64,000 nucleotides of DNA from NCBI RefSeq assembly GCF_006345805.1, contig NW_021834615.1:7832-71831 (forward strand). Direction: 5' to 3'. The DNA comes from Octopus sinensis. Taxonomy: Eukaryota. The notes beneath the pieces were generated by a model, which had not been told where the DNA came from, did no database searches, and saw nothing but the letters and a program-made list of their open reading frames with translations. The position numbers and the translations under genes are program-made. Every line of letters starts with the position of its first letter. The stretch's first letter is position 1. Below, piece after piece: positions 12,705 to 26,989 of this stretch.

Positions 12705-13204
12705 GTGTGGTTGGTGGGCAATTCTTTGCCCACTTTGGTGGCGGAAGTAATCTCTTGTGTCTACCCAACGATCCCATTTGGGCCAATTATACTGCAGTAG
12801 GTGAAGTTGGTGGTTGGATTTATGGCAGTGAATATCAGTTAGATTTATACCCAACTAATAAACTCTTTTCTTTTGCTAACGCCGAATCAATTCATGATCA
12901 CAACGTTCCGTGTGCTATCTGTTTGACACGAAAACCTGCTGTTGTTATGATGTTACCAGCCAGGAATGAGTGTTACACTGGTTGGACAGCTGAGTATTCG
13001 GGATATTTGATGAGCGAGCGTCATAGTCATCAGGGCAGACATGAATATGTGTGTGTGGACTATGCACCAGAAGCTGATCCAGCAGGTTACAGAGACGAAA
13101 ATGGAGCTCTACTGTATTTCGTTCAGGCTGCTTGTGGTTCATTGCCATGTCCACCGTATGTCAATGGTCGAGAATTAACCTGCGTTGTGTGCAGTAAATA
13201 CTGA
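12705..13204 (+). CDS. Array gene exon 4, copy A: short-chain collagen C4-like Cys-rich domain, intact
   Basis: ttctag acceptor and a 500-nt open frame: GGGSNLLCLP, IYGSEY, HDHNVPCAIC, MLPARNECY.GW..EYSGYLM, YVCVD..PE, CGSLPCPPY...ELTCVVCSKY*. Confidence 0.92.
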
Positions 13205-14869
13205 ATCGAACTTACATTCGTGTTTATATGAAAATTTATGTCGGCGAATCATAAAATATATATAATAAAGCAACATATACGTTTCTTGTAATTGTGTTTC
13301 GCAGTATTTTATCCAAGTAATATATGTCGTTAAAAAACTGCGGCTACAAGTTTTCAGAAAATATTCAAAACGAAACAACAGAGACGTCATAGAATGTGAC
13401 AAATAGCTTAACAGAACGATGTAATCCTCAGGGAATGATTCTAGAATACATTGCATGAGGTTCAGTTTATCAAATTTAAAAGTTGAAATAAAATTATGAT
13501 TCGTTTAAATGTAGTCCGTCTTAAAATGAAAACAATCCCCAAATGAAACACCTCCGTACAAATATATCACCCTTTCATGATCAATCTTCAGAAAACACGA
13601 TAAAAGCTTATGACTAACATCACTAAATCATGATGGTTTAATAAAAAAAATACTCCCATACGTATCATTGTAACTACAATCGATGCGATGAAAGCTCTGC
13701 AATCCAATCGCGGATATTACCAAATAAAGGATATTTGATATCCACTGAAGAAATACCACAAAATGTTGACTACCTAACTACTTGTCAGGTTATTAATACA
13801 TTGAAGTTTTCACGAAACACTTTCGTCAAGGGTACAAGTACACGTCCCACGATTAACTATTTTCAACCTACATTCACATATTCCCGCTTTTCTACAAAAG
13901 TCACACACACACACAGCCTTGCGTCACATTACACACGCAGCCTCTCATCGTTCCCTGAAAACTGATGTGCCAAAATAAATATGAATCCACCAAGAAATAT
14001 GAGTACACTTCAGGAACAGCATCAACCGAATCTACAGCAACACCACAAAACATCGAGTTCAACAATTATCTCCGTCTGTAACATAAAACTATCAAAAACT
14101 CGCAAAGAGGAACTTGCTTCGAGATACATGCATACAATAACTGTAACACACATAAACGACTTAGTAAGGAAAGGACCACGACTTATAAAATATACATTAG
14201 GTGGAATCAGTGCAACATGTTGAGTCTTTCACAGTCTACTCAGCATGATTGCTACTTGTATGTGGGAGTTTGTAGAATGGCTGCCAGATAAACGAAGGTA
14301 TCCGAGGAAAGAGGGATTGTGGGTGGCAGCACGTTTTTTGTCCGATTAATTGCGTGCCATAAGAATGCTCGATTGTGAAAAAGCTAGAGAAAAAGAATAA
14401 TAATTAAGTAATATGAAAGCACGAAATGCAAATTGACAAATGAATATATGGAAACATTCAACATGGCGTTTCCAGTGAACAGTATTAGCGCTCAGTATTA
14501 GGCATAAGCAATTTTGGGTTCGTTAAAATGTGCTAGTGGCATATTTCAAACTCTAAACGCAAATTCTGTGCAAAAAGCTGCAAAAAAGCATATCAGTCCA
14601 GTGCTGCTCCCTATCGGGTGCCAGTTCAGTCGTTATCAAAAGAAAATACCGAAGAGGGGAATTTCTGGACAAACTTAAATCCATAGCTTTAACTAAAACA
14701 TAGTCAACAACAACGAGTAAGTGACGCCATTAGAGCGCCAGGCTGGAGTCTGTCGTGAGTTACCTCCCTTCGGTATTTCTCTTTCATAAATTCTTCGCTA
14801 GAGGAGTTGACTTCAACCTTGTGCCCCAACAGTAACTGCGGTCGCTCGTACGGGCCCGCATCTTTCTTC

Positions 14870-15345
14870 TGTGTGTGTGTGTGTGTGAGTGTTTGTGTGT
14901 GTGTCAGTGTGTCATGTGTCATGTGTGTGTGTGTGTGTGTGTCATTTTGTGTGTATCACTGTGTGTGTGCCAGTGTGTGTCAGTGTGTGTGTCACTGTGT
15001 GCTTTTGTGTGTGTTTTTGTCAGTGTGGTGTGTGTGTGTGCGTCAGTGTGTGTGTGTGTTGTGTGGTGTGTGTCAGTATGTGTGTGTGTGTCATGTGTGT
15101 TTCACTGTGTGCGTTTGTTTGTGTTTATGTCAGTGTGTGTGTGTGTCAGTGTGTGTGTCAGTGTATGTCAGTATGTGTTGTGTGTCAGTGGTGTGTGTGT
15201 AAGTCAGTGTGTGTATTTGTGTGTGTGTATGTATGTCAGTGTGTGCGTGTGTATGTGTGTCGTGTGTGTGTGTCATTGTGTGTCAGTGTGTGTGTGTGTG
15301 AGTGGGTGTGTTGTGTGTGTGTGTGTGTGTTGTGTCTTGTGTCTG
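14870..15345. repeat. Interrupted (GT)n microsatellite with GTCA interruptions
   Basis: Read directly; paralogue at 48270-49290. Confidence 0.95.
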
Positions 15346-15354
15346 TCTATTTGT

Positions 15355-15765
15355 TGGTTGAACGAAATACTTCCCACACTGAATATTAAAACAGTTTCCC
15401 AATAATAACAAATAAAATTAAATAACAACATTAGTAAATAAATATATCATAATATATCCAGAAACAGGAATCATTTCACTTTACACGTGTCTCTCATTCA
15501 TCAAAATATTTTGCTAATTATTGTGTGACAATATCAAACCATCTCTTTCCAATAATTAAACCTGTCAGATAAGTTCACGCCCACTTTTACAGTTCCACCA
15601 ATCGCATTGGTTCATAAATTTACGATAAGATCTATGCCAGAGCTGTGTTGTGTGCGCTCAATAAATACGTGGAATTCAGTTACAGGTCTTCAGCTTAAAC
15701 CTCGCATCTCGATCTTTTGTTGAAGCCACACGAAGTATCACGTACGACCGACAACTGTCACCAGA
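15355..15765 (+). promoter_or_regulatory. Putative proximal promoter/5'UTR of copy B (same block at 30634-31046, 49302-49712, 63430-63841)
   Basis: About 410 bp near-identical in four copies, directly upstream of the exon-1 ATG. Contains CCAATcgcATTGG, TATA-like ataaat motifs and an Inr-like TCAGTT (15676-15681). Function is inferred. Confidence 0.5.
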
Positions 15766-15908
15766 ATGGATTTCGCACAATTGTCCAGGAATATTTCGCA
15801 GCGTTATTCCATTTCTTCTCTCATAGCTTTTGGGTTCTTCTCGTTCTGACGATCGTGATTCTTCATCAAGATTCAAGAATAGGAAAAATGGAAGAGAAAT
15901 CGCAAACG
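15766..15908 (+). pseudogene. Array gene exon 1, copy B (1-bp deletion)
   Basis: ATGGATTTCGCACAA...ACG|gtaagt; 143 nt versus 144 in C, D and E (ttttgggttc vs ttttggggttc), giving an early TGA. Confidence 0.8.
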
Positions 15909-16359
15909 GTAAGTCATGGATTTTTTGTTAATATATGTATGTCTTTATGTATTTATATATGCATGTATGTATGTATGTATGATTTACGTATGTATGTATT
16001 AATATGTGGATGTATGTACGTACCGATGGATGGATGGATGTAAGGATGTATGCATGAATCACTTACATATGTTCCTATGGAGCACACACACACATACGAA
16101 CACACACGTAATCACACACGAACACACAGGCGCACACATCTAAACATACATATATATACATATACGTATATTGTATACATAATATACATATATGTATATA
16201 TAAATATACATATATATGAATATATTAGTCCGTGAACATATATATATGTATACACAAATAATATATGCGTGTGTGTATCTATCATTGTATCTCCCTGTCT
16301 ATCTCTCTCTCCTGTCTCTATTTATCTATATATATGTATGTGTGTGTGTGTGTATCTGT

Positions 16360-16397
<38 letters not shown>

Positions 16398-16450
16398 TGT
16401 GTGTGTGTTGTGTGTGTGTGAGTGTTTGTTGTATATAAATTTTCTATATT

Positions 16451-16645
16451 CTTCTACCCGTTTCAGTCATTGACTGCGGCCATGCTAGAGCACTGCGTTT
16501 AGTAGGACAAATCGACTTCATGAATTATTCTTTGTAAGCCTATTGCTCATTCTATCGTTATCTCTAGCCGAACCGCTATGTAACGGGGACGTAAACACAC
16601 CGACATCAGTTGAGAATCGATAGTGGTGCGACAATAACAGACACA
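16451..16645 (-). mobile_element. SINE 3' half (same family as 56759-57180); paralogues 31671-31866 and 50343-50536
   Basis: Reverse complement of ...cgatagaat...agcatggccgcagtcaatgactgaaac. Confidence 0.75.
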
Positions 16646-16706
16646 TATATAAAACATAGATACATACACACTATGTGTGATATACACACACACACACACA
16701 CGTACA

Positions 16707-16749
<43 letters not shown>

Positions 16750-16822
16750 CATATATACATACGCACATATATAGTTACGTATGTATGTACATACATGTCT
16801 ATCTATCAATCTATTATCTACA

Positions 16823-16863
<41 letters not shown>

Positions 16864-16882
16864 CTCTATCTATCTATCTATC

Positions 16883-16930
<48 letters not shown>

Positions 16931-17687
16931 GGATATATATATCTATATCTATATATACATACATATACACACATCCCCAAGGACACACAAAAGAGTGGAA
17001 TTGTACTCCTGTCCGATCGCTCTTTCACCAGACATAATCCTGGAGGGGGAAATAAGTGCGTAATGAAAAAAAAATTATGGTGGGGTTCTAGCATGGCCAT
17101 GCCCTCTCGCTGCAACGTTTAGCCCTATTAATATTAGTGTTAAGTATTATATCTAGATGTACACGCGCACACGCACAGAAACAGACACATACAAACACAC
17201 ACACACGCACACATAGGAATACGTACATATTTACACACATTTATCTATTTCTCTCCATCAGGAACGGAAGTGAGGCGAGTTTTTTTGAATCTTTTCTTTC
17301 CAACTGAAAATAAAACGTGCGAGTGCCAATGTAGACCGGTGAATTTCGTAATGTTTGACTGTAATTCACGTTGGTTTTATATATATGACATATGTAAGAA
17401 CGAATGTAAATACATACACACAGACACACGGACAAACACACGCACAAATAAACACAGACACACACACACGACGCACGCACACAGATACACGTGCTCAATT
17501 GTACACGAAGAACCACACTATACAGTGTATGTCCACTCACATATATGTGTGCGTTTGTGTGTGTGTATGCGTATAAGTAGATACGTATATTTGTGATATT
17601 TATGGTGTGTATGCCTAAGTATACGTGCATACGTATATATCGATATGTATTTATATATGTGTGATGTGTGTGTGTGTGTGTCTGTGG

Positions 17688-17970
17688 GTGGAGGCGCAGT
17701 GGCCCAGTGGGTCGGGCAGCGGACTCATGGTTGTCGGATCGCGGTTCGATTCCAGACTGGGCGTAGTGAGTGTTAATGCTCCACGCAGAGGCTCAGGGAG
17801 TGGTTGTGTTGATCTCTGCTGTACTCTTTCGCTACACTTTCTCCCCTCCTTTTCTTCTGTTGGCCTGCTCGCCTAGCCAGCGGGGTGGCGTCATTTGAAG
17901 GCTAAAACAACGCGAAGCGCATTGTGACTAGCGATATGTAGCAACAACTGCTCTGTGACGGTGATCACGG
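17688..17970 (+). mobile_element. tRNA-derived SINE (second family); paralogues 34198-34470 and 52209-52470
   Basis: Pol III A box tggcccagtgg (17700) and B box ggttcgattcc (17743), followed by a non-tRNA body. Confidence 0.75.
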
Positions 17971-19204
17971 AGATATATGCATCATAAGCACACAATACAC
18001 ACCACATACATACACACACAACACACACACCAGCCAGCACAGATGTCCACATATACCTTTAACGAACAATACTCATACAGATACGCACACACTTATACAC
18101 ACATGGGCACAGACACACACGCACATACACGTACTTAAGCGCACACACGCACGCACATTACTCCCCACAACTCCAGAAAAACCCAAACACACACGCATGC
18201 ACAAATTCACATACACACCGATACATATACATACACACAATATATGCCTACGCACACACATACACATCCGTATACACATATAGACAGAGACCCACACACA
18301 CACACGCACGCAAAAACATGCGCACACATACGCACGTACACACGCACATTAATGCACACCCAGAAAACTCACAACCCCACGGATACACGCATATACACCC
18401 ATATACGCTTACACACACACATACAAACGTACACGTACATGCACACACGCACATACGAGACGCACGCACATACATACACACCACACAAATGAACCCACAC
18501 ATACGTCCCATACACACGGTACACAATAATACATACACGCGCACATTATAAATACATGTTTACACACAGACGCACAGTTATTCGCCAAACACCCTAACTC
18601 TACGCTACACCACGAACACACACACATGCACACCACACTTACAAACAATACACACACACGATACATATACATACACCGCACACACACACATACTTCAAAC
18701 TAGCAGTACCTACTACTTGACCTAGGGTAGAGACAAAATGAGCCACGCCCAATTCCTCTTCCTTGACTTAACACTACTAACCCTACAACACGCAAAGATT
18801 AACAGCACACAACCACACACACATACACACACCATCCACACACACGTGTCATTATTGCACACATACACACAGACACACACACGCACACACAGACCTCCGC
18901 ACACGCTCTTATCCACACTTACACACACATACTTCTTCTCCACCAATCTCCTATCTTTGAAAGAACTTTTCTTCACCCATTTCTTCCGGTCATTCAAAAT
19001 GTGTGCGCGTGTGTACCGTTGGCGATTTTTTTCCTCTGTCTTCCCTCCTCTGATCTTTCATCTTTCCGACGAAGAGCTCCACCTGAAAGTTAAACCCTCC
19101 TTCTTTCTTTCTTTCCTGGGCGTCCAATATTACTATGTTTGTTTCACGTCACGCGTTGATGTGTTTCTTTGTGCTTTTTTTTTCGATTAAATTTAACTAT
19201 ATAA

Positions 19205-19595
19205 ACTGGGGTTTCTGTGATTTTAGAATGCACCGAAAGCTGTCAGTGGATATACTCTCCTTTGCAGCAGTGTGCGCTGTGTCTAACAACGACCCATCAT
19301 CGGAAATTTTGACACCTCACGTCGGGTTTGTTGTCCTACATCACTCATAGAGTAAATTTGGAGGAACTGTGGTTGTTCATTCGCGGGTACCAGAGAAACA
19401 TTGGGGGGATATACTTGCCCTTGAACTTTGACGTCGGGGTAAATTCATGTTTATCTATCTTCTTAGATTCACCAACGATGTCATTTGAAATGCAGAGTTG
19501 TATTGTCTGATATTGTTCAGAAAATCCTTTGACTTGATGGAAGCGCCTTCTAGAAGATTTCTAAGGGTTGAGATGGTAGTGTTGTCAATGATACC
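19205..19595 (-). mobile_element. Helitron remnant (intron 1 of copy B)
   Basis: Paralogue of 38504-39110. Confidence 0.6.
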
Positions 19596-19696
19596 TGTCC
19601 GAATATGTTGTCATCTATTGCATTGTTTTAAGATCTAAACGATAATAAATACCCTGAAGTTCTATTCATATGATGCTATTTCTATTTTTTTCACAG

Positions 19697-19747
19697 AACC
19701 GTTTCATCTCCAAGAATCTCTCGACGATAAACCTGATGACACGCCAA
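19697..19747 (+). pseudogene. Array gene exon 2, copy B (1-bp deletion)
   Basis: cacag/gtaag sites intact; 51 nt (caagaatct vs caagaaatct). Confidence 0.75.
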
Positions 19748-19974
19748 GTAAGAACTATTTTTATGGCTAAGTCTTTTACCCGTGACTCATTAACTAATGA
19801 TTTATTATTTCACCAACTTTGAATTACTTCCACAATACTATCCATATGTCCACCATAGCATATACTAGACACTTGCCTGAATTTATTTCAAATATTGTTC
19901 TACTTTACCATAATTTCCTATATAAAATGTTACTTCAATACACTATGCCATTTATTGTGTGTATATGAGTATAT

Positions 19975-21845
19975 ACGCAACGATACGTCGATAATTGTAC
20001 CAATTCCTCTTCATCTGAGAATCAAATGCCCGAGCTGGCGCTTAACTGCGTTTATATCTACAATTCAGCATTCTGTCCACTCCTGTGCTTCCAATCATTC
20101 GTGAATAGAGACCCGAAATAATGATGTTCCACTTTCCGACACAGTGCGTATTTGTCAATCCTGCCTTGGGGTACTCGGCAGCCAACTCATTCAGCGCATG
20201 TTGTTGGTTACCATCAGACGAATCATGTAGCAGCATGTCGTCTACAAATAACAGTCGACCGATCACGTAGAGATGAATTGGGATACCTCTACCACAATGG
20301 CTGCGCATATTCAACAGATCACAAAAAAATGTGAGAAGGTGCACTAACAAGCACACTTTTACTCAGTGAAACCTTCACGTTGAAAAACTTTCGACTTTTA
20401 CATACATAAATACAATCATTTGAACATCCATATAAGTGCTTTAGGGCAACCAGTATTTGCCCATTAAACACACCTACCTTCATGGTAACATTCCACAACC
20501 TGCCCAAGGCACGTGATTGCGTGACTTTTCCGTGGTTTACAGCGTATAAACCTTAGAATGCTTCAACTTTTGCTGGAAGATCTGTCTTTGAACGACTCTC
20601 TGGTCGGGTGTACTGCGTCCCGGACAGTAATCTTGGGCACGACAATTTCCCTACATATCTCTTCCTGACATCTAGTGTAGACTTTTCTATAATTAGAACA
20701 CAATCTTTGGTCTCTGTTTGAAAAAATTGTGATTGTCTCCGTCTCCCATATTACCGTTGCCTTGTGTTTTTTCCAGAGGTCCCATCCACCTAGCATACAT
20801 GGGTCACTCAGAGAATACCATCTGTATTTAAGGTTTCTAAAATATCAAGCCGGACGTGCTTCACCAGCAGCTTTATCACTTTTAAGTGAATTTAGCTCAA
20901 AAAGCGTTCAACCCGAAGAAGAACTGCCGAATAAAATAATACAATCAGGAATCCATTTCGATGTCCAACTTCATTCAGGCGGTCACTCTCAATTTGGATG
21001 CAAAATTCTCCACAATTTTATATCTGATCCCAGCATCCACAGCGGCTTCCAACTGTATTCTGTAGGTTGCACTGGACTTACCAATTTCCAGTGTTCGGAA
21101 GACCGTAGAATGTTCAGGTTTTCAGACATTTAGTTGTGACGAGTTGACAACTCCGCCCTTCCTTTTACCCGAACGTTCAGCAAAGAGTGAAAGATGACCG
21201 AAATCTATCACAAACCTCTGTCACCAAGTATTTCTATATAAGGTACCCTATAAATATCCCTGTCTTCAAATAATATCTATACCAAGAGAGGAGAGTGTGT
21301 ATCCTGCACTGAAGGCTGCTATGACCTCTCCATTAAGTTCACTGACGACATTCCTTCCAATCAATCCTTCTCACACGGTTATCAGTGTCAAGGTGTGCAC
21401 TGAAGTTCTCCTTGCAGGACAAATGACTTACCCCAAATATATCTAATTCTGAGTGTGAATTTGCTAGAAAGGATTCGTTTTTGAGCTCGCTGTTTGCTGC
21501 ATATACTTATAGCAGCCAAAGTGGCCCTCCATATTCAGACTTTTTTTCAAGAGGTGACCCTCACACCTAGTAAGTTTCATTCCATAAAACAATCCGAATG
21601 CTGGGGATTGAGAGTATCCTAATCCACCTGTGCAGACATTGTTGGCAACCACATTGCGTAGTAGTGGAGTTTCAAGCCTATATCCAAGAGTACGCTATCG
21701 GAGAAACGAATTTTGTAGAGGAGACTCCGATCATATCTTACAGGCAGATTATATCTAACAATTTTGACTTTTTAATTCTCAATTATTAAGGGTTGTTCCC
21801 TTCTTGATCTGCTTTGTTGTCCTGAGACCGTCAATTTGTGCTCTA
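19975..21845 (-). mobile_element. Degenerate RTE-like LINE remnant in intron 2 (copy B)
   Basis: The minus strand gives GRLLFVDDMLL (RT YxDD-type motif) ...LNELA; paralogue of 4620-6245. Confidence 0.65.
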
Positions 21846-22392
21846 ACCCCGCACCCCAGATTAATTTGCAGGCTTCTGCTCGTTGCTCATTTGCACGCGT
21901 ATTGGTGGGGGTGCTATACATTTATCGACAATAATGCGGTATGGTTGTTATTTTCATATTGTAGTTATGATGGCCTTATTTGCGCCGAGCTCCAAACTGA
22001 TATTTGTAATTGACCGATGAATATTCGCACCTGGCGAATATTTTATCATTATTCTATTGAGAAGTATATATACTCATACCCAAGTTTACGTATCATACAT
22101 ACATCCGTTCATAGCGGAGACCGATACACATTCTGATATTCTGCGATTAATCTCTCAAATCTTTGACATCAACGTCACCAACAGGCTCAACATACAAATG
22201 TCTTTTTTCTTCTCTTACAATTTATTCTTATTATTTACATCTTTCGTTCTGACTTTCATTCATTCACTCGTTCTTCTTAAATTCTATCTTTCTCTCTTCT
22301 TCTCCATCAATTCCTTCCCATCCAACAACCCTACTTTGTAAATGATTCCCAATTCTTTCTTTAAACTACATTATTTCATTTTAATTTCGCAG

Positions 22393-22466
22393 AACCCGGT
22401 CTCGGATCATTGTATACCCGTGTGGCAGAACAACTTGTCCTCCTTATTCAAAACTTGTATATGACG
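22393..22466 (+). pseudogene. Array gene exon 3, copy B (1-bp deletion)
   Basis: 74 nt; acccgtgtggcaga vs acccggtggggcaga in the other copies; splice sites intact. Confidence 0.78.
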
Positions 22467-23795
22467 GTTAGTATACTTTATATTTCTCACCTCTCATTCT
22501 TTTTTGTCTTTCTCTTGTTCTCTTTTTATACCTCTCATTCTCTCTTTTTGTTGCCTCTCTCTTTCTCTCTCACCCTTTCTCCTCACGCACATGCACACAC
22601 ACCCACCCTTTGTCGGGTTGTCTGACATAAACATTCTCAAATCCTCTTATGATATGTCACGTTTCAAACGTCTATACCTGTAGACTATACAGACACTACA
22701 CAAGACTGCTTACTCCTTTGTAGGTATTTGGTCAAATCAGAATATTATATGTTGTCTACAACGGACCAAGTGAAAAGGATGTTGTCTAACCACAGAATAT
22801 AGATATCTCTACGTTAAATTACAGATCGGGGCTGGACTGAAAACCACCATGGCGATCAAGAATTTCAGGCTGTCCAGCTTTGGATTGTAGATGTCAAATA
22901 TCGAGGCTGCTAACTGGTGATCAATTGTACTGGCTACGGATGGTGATATTGTACGTGAGTGACCAGAGCTGAAAAGTGGCCACTTGACTATCTTTAACTA
23001 GAGTGCCCAATGATCGTAGGTGTGGACTAAATTGAAAAGAGTCTATTAGAATTGATGACAGTGACTGTAAACGATTAATGAAAAGAATGCACAATGTAGA
23101 ATGAGGACTGGACAAGCCACATACTGTAACTGATGGAAAAAGCTGAGGACTGTATTCATTAAGTAATATATAGAGAGACTAAATATTAGTGAGAGAACAC
23201 AACAGGGAACAGAATGCACTTCTATTCATCTCCGCCTCACCGAAATCGTCCTATCGCTAAAACCTTGCTCTTTTCATGCACCACATCACCTCATTAATTA
23301 TCCAGTATATCTTTGTAAGGTAATTCCGAAACTTCCAATTCAAAACTGCTGCTACAAACTGCGTCCCCAATCAACCTCACATTCCTTAAAAATGCTCTGA
23401 ATCTGCTCTTTATAAATCCTACACGTATATTTAATCGGTCGCCGACTCAATCACCAAAATATCCCCGTTCACTCGTGAACAAATTTTCCATTTCGGGTAA
23501 ACAAGAGAACATGCGTTACAGAATACCTTTCTTTTTCTCCTTCTATTAACATCCACGCAGAAATACTTCCCCATGCAATCTTACATAATAATCCACGTCA
23601 TATCCCCAAATACTTACCCGTATACACACAACATATATATACATATACCTACATATATATAATATATATATAATATATATACATTGATTCAGATGAATAT
23701 GGTTATTAAGTTGAGCCTCCAGAATTTAGTACGGCATTATCCATACAATTTCAAAGTTAGGTGATTAAAATTTAAATAAGCAACGATTAAAATAA

Positions 23796-23880
23796 GCAGT
23801 ACGTTCGTTTCATGCACCTCCATTTAATTCAATAATGTAATCATTACATCAGTTCAAAATTTAGAGCAATCTTCAGCTGC
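23796..23880 (-). ncRNA. Type I hammerhead ribozyme motif
   Basis: Minus strand: gcag CUGAAGA uugcuc...gaggugcau GAAA c-gaac-g UA cugc. Stem I gcag/cugc; GUA cleavage triplet. Confidence 0.65.
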
Positions 23881-24571
23881 ACAAAGACGTAGAATTTAAT
23901 TAGTGTACAACAGATGGACACATTTGTATAATTATACTTAAAATCTCCAAGATTTTACATAGAACATGCTGTTTCTATTTCAGCATAGCAGTTACTAAAA
24001 TTATGAAGAAGACTCAGCTTACCACTGATTATTTATCTTTATGGGGTCAGTTTTAATTGTTTAAAAATCCTTTGTATATCTAAGGCTGAGAGAACATAGG
24101 GCAGTATCTGTTAGGGGGAGGGCTGAGGGAGTAGATAGACATTCTAGTTGGTATAATTATAAAAAAATCAAGAATCATTATAAGCAATACCATGAGGTTT
24201 AGTAAGGGAAATCTTAAAACAAGATGTTAGCTGATAATTAAGGGGGTCGCACACTGGCAGACTATTGACAATGAAACGGAAGGTCTTATCATATATTATA
24301 GTTAAATATTTTAAACAATGTTGCTATGAATACAGTTGGAGTTTAGGGTTTTCCAAAGGAATATTAAGAAGAATAATATAACAAAAGGATAGGAGTGGTT
24401 GAATACATTTTGTATTCATAAGTATTCATAAATTTCTTGATAATTTTATTAACTTCTACGCTGAAGTAGAGACAACATGTTCTTTGTGTATCTCCTTAAC
24501 TTCTTGGAAATTTTAGGTATAATTATACTAATGTGTCAATCTGTTTTAATTTAATTAAATCCTATGTATTT

Positions 24572-24660
24572 GTGCAGCTGAAGATTCCTCTATATTTTAA
24601 ATTGATGTAATGATTGTATTGTTCAATTTAATGGAGTTGCATGAAACAATTGCACTGCAT
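24572..24660 (+). ncRNA. Type I hammerhead motif, probably inactivated (GUA>GCA)
   Basis: gugcag CUGAAGA ... GAAA caauug CA cugcau. Inverted relative of 23796-23880 and paralogue of 45748-45836. Confidence 0.55.
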
Positions 24661-24917
24661 TATCTCTGGATATCCTTGTTGCTTACTTCGATTTACATAT
24701 ATATATATATATATGAAGAGAATGCAAATGCACAGCTATGATCTCAAGCATACCTCAACACACCGCTTGCACTCACATAAACACTAACATATATACACCA
24801 CAATTCGTTCACACGTGGCTAAACATGTCTTCTTTTAACAGTAATGAATTTTTCCGTTATTTCATATATAATTTTTCTTAACATCTTTTTTACTTGATTT
24901 ATTCTTACCAATTCTAG

Positions 24918-25417
24918 GTGTCGTTGGTGGACAACATCTTTCCCATACTGGGGGCGGAAGTAATCTCTTATGTCTACCCAACGATCCCATTTGGGCCAAT
25001 TATACTACAGAAGGTGAAGATGGAGGTTGGATTTATGGCAGTGAATATCAACTACAGTTATACCCAACTAATAACCTCTTTTCTTTTCCTAACGCTGAAT
25101 CAATTCATGATCACAACGTTCCGTGCGCTGTCTGTTTGACACGACAACCTGCTGTCGTTATGATGTTACCAGCCAGGACAAAGTGTTACGCTGGCTGGAC
25201 AGCTGAGTATTCGGGATATTTGATGACCGCGCATTATAATCATAAAGGCAGACTTGAATATGTTTGTGTGGATTATGCACCAGAAGCTGATCCAGCAGGT
25301 TACAGAAACGAAGATGGAGCTGTTTTATATTTCGTTCAGGCTGCTTGTGGTTCATTGCCATGTCCACAGTATGTCAATGGTCAAGAATTAACCTGCGTTG
25401 TATGCAATAAATATTGA
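24918..25417 (+). CDS. Array gene exon 4, copy B: C4-like domain, intact
   Basis: ttctag acceptor; 500-nt open frame GVVGGQHLSHTGGGSNLLCLP...LTCVVCNKY*. Confidence 0.9.
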
Positions 25418-26910
25418 ATAGAAATTAAATTCGTTTCCATACGAAAATGTCTATGAATTTCAATAAATAACAAAATTTTAATTGTGTTACCTAATATTTT
25501 CTTTAAAGTATGTCTATCGTTACAATAAACTGTTGTACTAGTTTACAGAAGATATTCAAACGATACAAATGAGGCGACCTAGAATGCCAGAAATATCCTC
25601 AAAAACAAGAAAAATCTAAATCTGTCGAAATGATTCTAGAAAACATTTTGTAAGATTTCAGTTTATCAAACTTATCGTTGAAATAAAATGTTATTTTGTT
25701 TAACAGTATTTTGTCTTCTGTCTCATGATTCAACAAAACCCCAAACAAAGTACCACCATAGAATTATATCAGCTTTTCATGCACAGCCTTAGAATTTCTA
25801 ATACACGACGCTACTATCTCAGACATCTTGGTTTTCAAATTACAACTCGGATTCTGACAAAGACCCATGAACCGCTACATTACTTAGCACAGAACTTAAC
25901 TGATTCTTTCAACAACAACAAGATACGTCTTCACAAACCATTCTATTTGCCATTATTAATCAGGAAAGCTTTCTGTTCCTTTCCTACCCCATATCTTATA
26001 AAACCTATTTATCGTCTACTTTAGAAATATCACAAAATGTTCAATTTAAGCTTTCTGAGAATGTGGAATTTACACGATCAATCCCTCAAAAGACAGTATA
26101 TATGAGTATTGGTCCTGCCAACCTAAATCTATATCACGAAATTCCCACCTCTCTTCAAAATAAGATACAAAATGAAACTCGATGCACACAACATACACGT
26201 CATATACTAAGCGCTGATATACAAGAATAAGAAATGAAATCAACCAGAAAAATTGCCTCATTTCGACAGCAGAGAACATCAAATACGACGATTTCTTTCA
26301 CTCCGCTACGTAAACATACCAGACTCGAAGAAAGGATGAATCCTAGAAGCTGAAGACATTTCATGTAAAACGAATACAACACCCATAAAAGCGAGAGTAA
26401 AGAGAGCAAATATAGTCAGGGCAAGCACGGATGCTGTGTGTAAGAAGGCTGAGATGTTGTGACCGTCACGTTATATCCAATAGGATTCATGACTGTATGT
26501 TGGAGTGTGTCGAATATTTGTTAGATAAACGAAGGGTTCGGTTTACAGCATCAAGCTGCAATAAAGATTAAAGATTATTAATGTTTACTATCCCACCATT
26601 ATTAGTCTAATGGGTAAATCTGCATTCGCTTCTCTAGATTACAAATATTTTCCTTGTTGTAAATCGTAAACAATTGCAGAGAATACGGACGCTGGTAGAT
26701 CTTCAAAATCATCTTTTGATTCAGCGGCATAATTAGACAGTTAAAACGACCGCCAGGTGTTTAAGCTGTACAGAGCATGCGCAGCTGCATATGCAACCCG
26801 CCATTACAATAGGAAAAATTATGGGACTTTGTTGAAATCTGACATGGCTGTAAGATTTATTTTGTAGCTTATTTCAAATTCACCTTATTTCGAGGGCCAA
26901 ACCGAGAGTG

Positions 26911-26941
<31 letters not shown>

Positions 26942-26950
26942 ACACACACA

Positions 26951-26989
<39 letters not shown>

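Noticed and set aside
12945-13154. Conserved antisense ORF MDMAMNHKQPER... (also 25158 and 59481)
   Set aside because: Shadow of the conserved exon 4 on the opposite strand, with no independent support.
15717-16043. ORF MLKPHEV... as an alternative N-terminus, and the idea that the three -1 indels in copy B compensate each other
   Set aside because: The ORF starts at TTG and only enters the real frame through the deletion. From the true ATG a TGA follows a few codons after the first indel.
17688-17760. tRNA gene (also 52209 and 56759)
   Set aside because: A/B boxes are present, but there is no complete cloverleaf and the sequence continues into a SINE body.
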